From Octopus sinensis (Eukaryota): a DNA stretch of 23,010 bases. The position numbers and the translations under genes are program-made. The DNA lies in the NCBI RefSeq assembly GCF_006345805.1, contig NW_021836711.1, forward strand, positions 1 to 23,010. The letters are read 5' to 3'. Each line of letters opens with the position of its first letter. Positions within the stretch are counted from its first letter, which is position 1. Positions 7,672-16,206 of the stretch are shown here, piece after piece. The notes under the pieces are model-generated. The model was not told where the DNA came from. It saw only the letters and a program-made list of their open reading frames with translations, and searched no databases.

Positions 7672-9307
7672 CAGGGCCGTCTCCAAATCATTATTGGCCT
7701 TTGGGCAAATCAGTGTGCTGGGCCCTATACTATTTGATAGCGAGCCACATCATAGATCAGAATTGGGTGGATCTCTGAGACAACTGCGCAATGTGCTGGC
7801 CTTTATAGGTTTTACAGTATGCCATACTATAGATCAGAATTGGGCTCTCAGATCTGTTGGGACCCTGGGACAACTGCGCAATGGGCTGGCCTTTATAGGT
7901 TTTACAGTATGCCATACTATAGATCAGAATTGGGCTCTCAGATCTGTTGGGACCCTGGGACAACTGCGCAATGGCTGGCCTTTATAGGTTTTACAGTATG
8001 CCATACTATAATCAGAATTGGGCTCTCAGATCTGTTGGGACCCTGGGACAACTGCGCAATGGGCTGGCCTTTATAGGTTTTACAGTATGCCATACTATAG
8101 ATCAGAATTGGGCTCTCAGATCTGTTGGGACCCTGGGACACTGCGCAATGGGCTGGCCTTTATAGGTTTTACAGTATGCCATACTATAGATCAGAATTGG
8201 GCTCTCAGATCTGTTGGGACCCTGGGACAACTGCGCAATGGGCTGGTCTTTATAGGTTTTACAGTATGCCATACTATAGATCAGAATTGGGCTCTCAGAT
8301 CTGTTGGGACCCTGGGACAACTGCGCAATGGGCTGGCCTTTATAGGTTTTACAGTATGCCATACTATAGATCAGAATTGGGCTCTCAGATCTGTTGGGAC
8401 CTGGGACAACTGCGCAATGGGCTGGCCTTTATAGGTTTTACAGTATGCCATACTATAGATCAGAATTGGGCTCTCAGATCTGTTGGGACCCTGGGACAAC
8501 TGCGCAATGGGCTGGCCTTTATAGGTTTTACAGTATGCCATACTATAGATCAGAATTGGGCTCTCAGATCTGTTGGGACCCTGGGACAACTGCGCAATGG
8601 GCTGGCCTTTATAGGTTTTACAGTATGCCATACTATAGATCAGAATTGGGCTCTCAGATCTGTTGGGACCCTGGGACAACTGCGCAATGGGCTGGCCTTT
8701 ATAGGTTTTACAGTATGCCATACTATAGATCAGAATTGGGCTCTCAGATCTGTTGGGACCCTGGGACAACTGCGCAATGGGCTGGCCTTTATAGGTTTTA
8801 CAGTATGCCATACTATAGATCAGAATTGGGCTCTCAGATCTGTTGGGACCCTGGGACAACTGCGCAATGGGCTGGCCTTTATAGGTTTTACAGTATGCCA
8901 TACTATAGATCAGAATTGGGCTCTTAGATCTGTTGGGACCCTGGGACAACTGCGCAATGGGCTGGCCTTTATAGGTTTTACAGTATGCCATACTATAGAT
9001 CAGAATTGGGCTCTCAGATCTGTTGGGACCCTGGGACAACTGCGCAATGGGCTGGCCTTTATAGGTTTTACAGTATGCCATACTATAGATCAGAATTGGG
9101 CTCTCAGATCTGTTGGGACCCTGGGACAACTGCGCAATGTGCTGGCCTTTATAGGTTTTACAGTAAGCCATACTATAGATCAGAATTGGGCTCTTGAAGG
9201 ACTGCCTAGTGTGCAGGCCACTATAGTTTGAATATGAAGCTATAACAAAGATGAGAATTGGGCTCCTAGGCCACTGCCCAGTTTGATCGTTACTTAGATC
9301 AGCATTG
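7672..9307. mobile_element. Possible non-autonomous hAT (Tip100-like) element that carries the 90-bp array
   Basis: Starts CAGGGCCGTCT, like MER45/Tip100-type termini. Subterminal motifs ggcctttgggcaa (7686-7698) and gggctcctaggccactgcccagtttg (9260-9285). The right TIR (agatcagcattg) matches only 8/12 with a gap, and the TSD is ambiguous. Confidence 0.4.
7758..9195. repeat. Tandem array of a 90-bp unit: 15 full copies plus one degenerate leading and one partial trailing copy
   Basis: Unit cagaattgggctctcagatctgttgggaccctgggacaactgcgcaatgggctggcctttataggttttacagtatgccatactatagat starts at 7835, 7925, 8013, 8103, 8192, 8282, 8372, 8461, 8551, 8641, 8731, 8821, 8911, 9001 and 9091. Confidence 0.98.
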
Positions 9308-9783
9308 CTCTCCTCTTCCTTTCCGCTACCCACAACTCTCAACCTCAACGTCGTCCATATACCATGTACGCCTTTTCATCTACTTTCTCCCCAACACACG
9401 TAACTAACACTCCGGTTAATGCCCCCTCTTACCTAATTACCTCCACTCATTCTTCTCATCTTCGCCAGCAGCCTTTCTATCTACAATCATGGTATGATCA
9501 AAGCCCTGTATCTCTTTAACCACACTTTTGCTGTGGTTCCTCTTAATTTTTATTCACTTCACCAAGTCCCTCTACATCATCGCCCATCACAATGATCTCC
9601 AATTCCTCAAATTCTTAAATCGTCGAAATACATTCGAATCTGCCATCCCTATTCTCATTCGCCTCATCAAAATCGTTTCTATTCTTTACTGCTTTTACTT
9701 TATCAGGGATTTTTACCACAAGTTTACTGGTGTTGAAATTGGCGCCAGGATGTGCCCTGGCTACGCTAACCTGTTTGTTGCAT
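9308..9783 (+). pseudogene. Penelope-like reverse transcriptase, fragment 2
   Basis: LPTTLNLNVVHIPCTPF / IYFLPN (PLE 'P.T..FY.LPKIHK'), KSLYIIAHHND (motif A region, 'DV.SLYT.IPH.D') and DFYHKFTGVEIGARMCPGYANLFV (motif B', 'GVAMG..M.PSYANLF'). Confidence 0.85.
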
Positions 9784-9870
9784 TGAGGAATAGCATGTCC
9801 AATAATTTTGCCGTCATTAATTCACCGTTTTTTCTTTATTTTTTTCTCAATAAAAGAGTTTTTTAGTGAG

Positions 9871-9989
9871 TGATATGGCCATATCACTTTGAAAACACCG
9901 GTGATGGACGATCACCGAAGTTAAGCAACGACGAACCTAGTTAGTACTTAGATGGGTGACCGTTTGGGAAACCTAGGTGCTGTAAATGT
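9871..9989 (+). pseudogene. Divergent 5S rRNA copy (pseudogene or 5S-derived SINE head)
   Basis: ggccatatcactttgaaaacaccgg...gatcaccgaagttaagcaacgacgaacctagttagtacttagatgggtgaccgtttgggaa-acctaggtgctgta is collinear with invertebrate 5S over about 119 nt. A-box (aagttaagcaac) and C-box (gatgggtgac) are recognisable. Loop C is altered and there is no T4 terminator. Confidence 0.9.
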
Positions 9990-10002
9990 CTTTCTCTCTA
10001 TA

Positions 10003-10432
10003 GGCGTAGGAGTGGCTGTGTGTTAAGTAGCTTGCTTACCACCCACATGGTTCCGGGTTCAGTTCCCCTGCGTGGCACCTTGGGCAAGTGTCTTCTACTA
10101 TAGCCTCGGGCCGACCAAAGCCTTGTGAGTGGATTTGGTAAACGGAAACTGAAAGAAGCCCGTCGTAAATATGTATGTATATATATATATATATGTGTCT
10201 GTGTGTGTGTTTGTATATGTTTGTGTGTCTATTTTTGTCCCCCAACATCGCTTAACAACTGATGCTGGTGTGTTTACGTCCCCGCAACTTAGCGGTTCGG
10301 CAAAAGAGACCGATTGAATAAGTACTAGGCTTACAAAGAATAAGTGCTGGGGCCGATTTGCTCGACTAAAGGCGGTGCTCCAGCATGGCCACAGTCACAT
10401 GACTGAAACAAGCAAAAGAGTAAAAGAGTAAA
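10003..10432 (+). mobile_element. SINE family A, full length
   Basis: ggcgtaggagtggctgtgtgttaagtagc...ggttcagttccc head through ...gactgaaacaagcaaaagagtaaaagag tail. Confidence 0.92.
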
Positions 10433-10544
10433 CTAGTAACTATCAATGGTGAAACACTGTGGATATATTTTCTCGTCAAACTTCTCTCGCGGTGAACTTC
10501 TCATAGTGAACTTTCTTCACGGTGATGAATAAATAGCAATGAAC

Positions 10545-11150
10545 TTACCTGTAATCGAGGAACAGATCTTCAACCAGTTTACTGTCTTCACCCTTTACTG
10601 TATTCACTCATTGTGTCTACGATTGTCCCGATGCTATGTTTTTTTTACTCACGGGCAACTCATCTCTATTTCCTTCACCAACCCCCTCGACCCTACCTTA
10701 AAATTCACATTTACCATCTTTCATACCTCCGTCAACTTCTTTGACATTCAAATGCCAATTGACCATCCACCCTTGGAGTTGTCTTCATCCTTCTCTACTC
10801 ACATCAGATCAGCTTAATCCCCATACAGTTGCTAAACACCCGCCGCTTCTGTATTTGAAACTGATTAGAAATTAAATCATGCATAACTGCCCATGTTTTC
10901 CTCCAACGTGGTTGCACCATTCAGCCCTCTACACCGCTCGCAGTTGCGCCCGAGCTATTGACAATCCTACCCTCTTTACCCGTACCAGCCTATCAATCAA
11001 CTGCTTTTCTTTGTCCCTCACCGTCTAATCCGACATCCGACTTCTCCAACGCACCATTCGGGGCAATTTCTGTCTCTCCCACTTCGAATTAGCCATCTCC
11101 ACATTTTCTGAACTCCCATTTTCATTTACACACAGCTTCAACTCGAGGGA
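10545..11150 (+). pseudogene. Penelope-like reverse transcriptase, fragment 3 (end of palm, thumb, linker)
   Basis: VIEEQIFNQFT continues ANLFV from fragment 2. DPTLKFTFTIFHTSVNFFDI matches PLE 'LKFT...S..SV.FLD'. STHIRSA*SPYS...RRFC...FLQRG matches 'HP.H.K.AIPYS...R..R.CS...F..RGY'. Many stops and frameshifts. Confidence 0.8.
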
Positions 11151-11210
11151 AATCTGTTTTTCAATTCCGTACTACATCCTCCTTAAATCTTGATTTTTTT
11201 TTTTTTTTAC

Positions 11211-11260
11211 CTGATTTCGGAAGGTTGGACTTCCAACCAGGCCTTTCGCGACACCCTTAA
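11211..11260 (-). mobile_element. Fragment of the same mariner-derived element as 11391-11608, in opposite orientation
   Basis: Reverse complement ttaagggtgtcgcgaaaggcctggttggaagtccaaccttccga matches 11419-11462. Confidence 0.8.
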
Positions 11261-11390
11261 AATCATGAAATTTTCAAAGCTGCGAAACCGCCGTAATCCT
11301 AAGGATAACAAGTAGTTAAATAAATTTTCTTCTCATACCTCTTGCTTTTTTGTGGTTTAGAATGTGTGTGTGCGTGTGTGTGTGTGTATA

Positions 11391-11608
11391 CACGAGGGTA
11401 TGCTGAAAAGTTCCTTACTTAAGGGTGTCGCGAAAGGCCTGGTTGGAGCCCCTACCATCCGAGTTCTTTTATAGGCTTAGAAAAACTGAAGGATCGCCGC
11501 AATAAGTGTGTGAATCTGAGAAGGGAATATGTCGAATAAGATCATAATTAACTGATCCTCCTGTATTTATTTTACCCAAATTCGAGAACTTTTCAGCGCT
11601 TCCTAGTG
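11391..11608 (+). mobile_element. Internally deleted mariner (MITE-like), 218 bp, with TA TSD
   Basis: TIRs cacgagggtatgctgaaaagttc and gaacttttcagcgcttcctagtg, with TA at 11389-11390 and 11609-11610. Retains the transposase C-terminus FIGLEKLKDRRNKCVNLRREYVE*. Confidence 0.85.
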
Positions 11609-11767
11609 TAAAGGATACGCATGTCTTTAAGTGCTATTAATAGTTTCATATGTTGAGAAATACTCAGACATATTCTTCAGGAACAAACCGCATATCATAA
11701 CGAACTGAATAATAGAAGTAACGCGAAAAAAACTGGGAAGATAACGCAGAAAGTTAAAAAAAAAAAC

Positions 11768-11823
11768 GGAAAACGAAAACCGGAAAACGAAAACCGGAAA
11801 ACGAAAACCGGAAAACGAAAACA
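11768..11823. repeat. 14-bp minisatellite, 4 copies (GGAAAACGAAAACC)
   Basis: Units start at 11768, 11782, 11796 and 11810. Only the last base of unit 4 differs. Confidence 0.95.
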
Positions 11824-12439
11824 CAAAAGCTATATGTACAAAGAGGAAGTCATAAGGTTTCAAAAACATGTAGACCCTTAATTATTTGTCTTAGTATGTT
11901 GTAATGAAGATCGAATCGATTTGTTTCGTCATTTCTTGAGGATTCATCAGGGATCGCTTGCGTTACTTTTCCACGACTGAAATTTAAAAGCATAAAATAT
12001 CTCAATAAATAAATTCATAAATTTATACTTTATATATTTGTATTATATGTTAATATATAATTTTGATTATTTTCTCACATTCAACTTTGACATTTGCCCC
12101 TCGTTTACATAATTAATTGCTTACATACCAATATCACCTTTAACCCTTTTTTTCACATTTGCTCGTACATTTAATCCCAACCTTTGTGTCTAATTTACAT
12201 ATATTCTCACATTCAACCCTCACCTTTATTCCCAGTTACGTTCTTCTATTTAACGAATTCTGTTAGGTCATTAAGAACAGGTAACATATGTTTAAGTATT
12301 CAAAAAAAAATATATTATTAAAACTAATTATTGCCAACGAACAGAAGGACGGAGAATTTAATGAGGCAATCGACAAATGAATGCTTGCTACATATATTTG
12401 CACACGTCGTTACAATTTTATATTAATATGTAACGAAAC

Positions 12440-12680
12440 CCATGTAATATTGATGCATTGTATTATGTATGTATAATATATACATACGTAATTATCCGAC
12501 TGGTACGCACATATGAATTCTTCTTTTGTGTATGGCCAGTGCATATATGTGTGAGTGTGTGTGCGAATGTATATATACTTGGGCAAATATGCGTATATAC
12601 GTGTGTATGCTTGTCTAAATAAATTTGTGTATATATATACGTATATGATAATGTATATATGTATAATTATAAGTATATGT

Positions 12681-12722
<42 letters not shown>
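12440..12722. repeat. Degenerate (TA)/(TG) microsatellite tract
   Basis: Direct inspection. Confidence 0.8.
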
Positions 12723-12728
<6 letters not shown>

Positions 12729-12941
12729 TTTATGAAAGAATGGAGTGAACGACTTGTTAACAAATTTCCTTTATTTTCGACATATGTTTCGAAGGCTGCA
12801 TATTCCTATTCCTGATGAGAAATCTGCATAATGTACTCATTATTCCTTCGGAATTAGGAATATGCAGCCTTCGAAACACATGTCAAAAATAAAGGAAATT
12901 TGTTAACAAGTCGTTCAACTCCATTCTTTCATAAACTTATA
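12723..12941. repeat. Near-perfect inverted repeat (90/92-nt arms, 37-nt spacer) containing a hammerhead-like core
   Basis: Arms 12723-12812 and 12850-12941 differ by 2 substitutions and 2 single-base indels. Confidence 0.95.
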
Positions 12942-13094
12942 TTTTTAAAATAAACATACAAATTTCCGTACGAAAGCACGCAGTCTATGTCCTAGGGACG
13001 TAACTTCAACCGTGTTCTTTCTGATGTGAATTTGCTACCCAGGTATCGGTTATCTTTCGAATTGTCCTTAATAAGATAATTCATTCAACTACTC

Positions 13095-13101
13095 AAATAT
13101 G

Positions 13102-13133
<32 letters not shown>

Positions 13134-13330
13134 GTGTGTACATATATACATACATGTATTTGCGCATGTACACACACATGCATATATAAACATACATATA
13201 AGCATATATACATATGCACTCATATACATAGACAAAGCATATATATATATATATATTTACGCATATATACTTGCACAGACATACGCATATGGGCACACGT
13301 ATATACATTTATATATACACATGATATATA
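13095..13330. repeat. Compound (TA)/(CA) microsatellite
   Basis: Direct inspection. Confidence 0.85.
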
Positions 13331-13628
13331 GCTTTGTAACAATACTTTACAATTCGTCCGGAACTATTACGAGTCCTCTTATTACATCTGCGCAGGTATT
13401 GGGTCCATTTCTAATGTAGATAGATTGTTTCCGTTGTTAAATGAATTTGTCAGTCAATATATATATACAACATCTATTATATGTCTAAAGCTATTACTTT
13501 CAATTCTCCTGCATATGTCATCCAGCTCACACTTCAGTCTGCTAAATTACAAAATGAGCCATCTAAGAATTATCTACATCATCATCATCATACTCTTCAT
13601 CGTCATCATCAGTTGATGACCCTGTCAA

Positions 13629-13867
13629 GACAGACGAAATACTTATTTACTACCCACAAGGGGCTAAACACAGAGGGGACAAACAGGGACAGACAAACGG
13701 ATTAAGTCGATTATATCGACCCCAGTGCATAACTGGTACTTATTTAATCGACCCCGAAAGGATGAAAGGTTAAGTCGACCTCGGCGGAATTTGAACTCAG
13801 AACGTAACGGCAGACGAAATACGGCTACGCATTTCGCCCGGCGTGCTAACGGTTGTGACAGCTCGCC
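13629..13867 (-). mobile_element. SINE family B (tRNA-derived)
   Basis: Reverse complement ggcgagctgtcacaaccgttagcacgccgggcgaaatgc...gagttcaaattccgccgaggtcgac...ataagtaccagtt...ggggtcgat matches 20492-20706. Confidence 0.9.
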
Positions 13868-14454
13868 GTCAAGACAGACCTCATTACTCCCCACAACTCG
13901 TTCCATCCGGCATTACCGCGCCAAAGATTCATACTTAGTATCCAAAATCTTTGTGTCTGAGACTCATCAGTAACTAACCAATATTTGTAAAAGATAATTG
14001 ATAATACTGACACGGGTTCTACTCCAAAGCAGCGCCTTGCAAAGTGTGCTCAATGTTCTGTGGAATGGGTGGAATAAAGTCTGACAAATTTGTTTTAATA
14101 TTGGAGGTGTTTCCCAATAAAAAAAAGCCCTCCCCTCAGCATATACGTCGAAGTTCAGTGCAATATTCATTTAATCGTTCTTCGAGCTTTAAAGAAAGTG
14201 CACTTACTTTTGTTCCATTTACAAGGGATCTAACTCAATGAGAACAGGAACGATATTAGCTTAGAAGAATTGACTCAAATCAGCCGTGGCCGTCCTATAT
14301 AAATATATGTATGTGTGTGTGTGTGTGTATGTGTATAGTAGCTGCTTTCTCGCACACGAGCAAGCGATTGCTAGAAAGATCCATTGAAATGCAATGTGAA
14401 GCCCTTGTATGGCTCTTGAGCCTCGCCAAATATTTACACATTCTGTTGCAGAAT

Positions 14455-14456
14455 GC

Positions 14457-14546
<90 letters not shown>

Positions 14547-14547
14547 G
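14455..14547. repeat. (TA)n microsatellite
   Basis: Direct inspection. Confidence 0.95.
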
Positions 14548-14772
14548 TTAATCCAAACAAGAAAGCACAAAAAAGCACAAAAAAACCCCAAAAAACACAA
14601 AAACGCGAGGACGTGGAACAAATAAAGTATATTGGACGCTCAGGAAAGAAGGGAAGAAGGAGGGTTTAACGTTTCGAGTGGAGCTCTTCGTCGGAAACAT
14701 AGGAGAAGGAAAGATCCAGAGAAGGGAAGACAGAGGAAAAAAATCGCCAACGGTACACACGCGGTCACATTT
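14548..14772 (-). mobile_element. Penelope-like element terminus with a hammerhead-like motif (14664-14698)
   Basis: Minus strand gttt-CCGACGA-agag-ctcca-ctc-GAAA-cgtt-aaac, followed by a T-rich tail. Same layout as 433 and 5150. Confidence 0.55.
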
Positions 14773-14775
14773 TGA

Positions 14776-14821
<46 letters not shown>

Positions 14822-14842
14822 CTGTGTGTGTGTGCGTGTGAA

Positions 14843-15173
14843 GGCTCATGGCTCAGTTGTTAGAGCGCAGAGCTTACGATCGTGGGGTTGTGAGTTCGAA
14901 TCCCGGACCGGGCTGCGTGTTGTGTCCTTGAGCAAGACACTTTATTTCGCGTTACTCCAGTTCACTCAGCTGTAGAAATGAGTTGCGACGTCACAGGTGC
15001 CAAGCTGTATCGGCCTTTGCCTTTCCCTTGGATAACATTGGTGGCGTGGAGAGAGGAGGCTGGTATGCATGGGTGACTGTTGGTCTTCTATAAACAATCT
15101 TGCCCGGACTTGTGCCTGGGAAGGTAACTTTCTAGGTGCAATCCCGTGGTCAGTCATGACCGAAGGGGTCTCA
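14843..15173 (+). mobile_element. SINE family C: tRNA-derived head plus a conserved central domain
   Basis: A box (tggctcagttg) and B box (gagttcgaatccc), then tgtgttgtgtccttgagcaagacacttt...ccagttcactcagctgtagaaatgagt, a V/Meta/CORE-type central SINE segment (superfamily not determined), ending in (TA)n. Confidence 0.85.
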
Positions 15174-15395
<222 letters not shown>

Positions 15396-15398
15396 GAA

Positions 15399-15597
15399 TG
15401 TGTTTGTCCCCCACCATTGCCTGACAGCCGGTGTTGGTTTGTGTATATCTTCGTAACATAGCGATTCGACATAAGAGACCGATGGAATAAGTACCAGGCT
15501 GGAAAAGAAAGTGCTGGGGTCGTTTAATTTTCGACTAAAATTCTTCAAGGCTGTGCCCCAGCATGGTCGCAATTTAATAACTAAAACAAGCAAAAGA
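15399..15597 (+). mobile_element. SINE family A, diverged 3' half
   Basis: tgtttgtccccc...gagaccgatggaataagtacc...ccagcatggtcgca...aaacaagcaaaaga. Confidence 0.8.
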
Positions 15598-15789
15598 AAC
15601 TAAAGGAAGAACCTCGGATAATGTAAACGCTGTTAAGCAAAAAGACGTGATGGTCACGGCAGGACCATTTTGAACAGGGATTACCGCAAATACAACAGCG
15701 ATGTGAAGGTTAGGGATTCAAATATGGGACCGTCCCACATCTGCAGTCGGTTCGAACTCACCATCTCAGGTTATATTTTTAGTTCAGTT

Positions 15790-15858
15790 GTGCCGCCGAA
15801 TTTTGAAAAGAATATAAGTGTGCCGCCAGTGAATAAAGGCTGCGGAGCGCTGACCTAG
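15790..15858 (+). mobile_element. Possible hAT (Charlie-like) right-end fragment
   Basis: Repeated gtgccgcc motif, then aaaggctgcggagcgctg-acctaga, resembling 'aaagg..g..aaccactg..ctaga' termini. Confidence 0.25.
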
Positions 15859-15869
15859 AACCGGGTATA

Positions 15870-16195
15870 GATACGCACATTCTCATATGCAAGCATGCAA
15901 GCACACATTTGCACGTACTTACACACACACACGCACGTATGCACGCACGCACGCACGCAAAACGTGGCCGTATGTCTCCTATCATACGTATGTAAATGTG
16001 TATCACACATCCTACATAGCTAGGCATAACTACTCGTGTACACACACACACGTATACACACACATACGCGCGCACACACACACGCACACTATTGTAACAA
16101 ACACTACAACATAGCTGCGAACACAGTGACGATTGTCAAAAACTATACAGTTACGCACGCATATACAGACATCCACTCACACACAGATTTACTGA
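15870..16195. repeat. Degenerate (CA)/(CACG) low-complexity tract
   Basis: Direct inspection. Confidence 0.75.
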
Positions 16196-16206
16196 CACAA
16201 TTTATA

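Noticed and set aside
7758-9195. CRISPR-like array
   Set aside because: The units are contiguous and identical along their whole length, with no unique spacers. The context is eukaryotic and no cas genes are present.
8125-9348. Long ORFs 8125-9231(+), 8394-8927(+) and 8371-9348(-) as repeat-protein genes
   Set aside because: A 90-bp unit preserves frame, so one stop-free 30-codon unit (chance about (61/64)^30, or 0.24 per frame) opens the whole array. Three of six open frames is unremarkable. No recognisable domain is present.
9871-9989. Functional canonical 5S rRNA gene
   Set aside because: Loop C is rewritten, helices I and II have mismatches, there is no T4 terminator, and it is a solitary copy inside nested repeats.
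14843-14915. tRNA gene (TAC in the anticodon-like loop)
   Set aside because: The acceptor stem pairs poorly and the sequence continues into a SINE body with no T-run terminator. It is a SINE head.
15724-15737. tgggac-c-gtccca inverted repeat
   Set aside because: A 6-bp stem with a 1-nt loop is too short to be significant.
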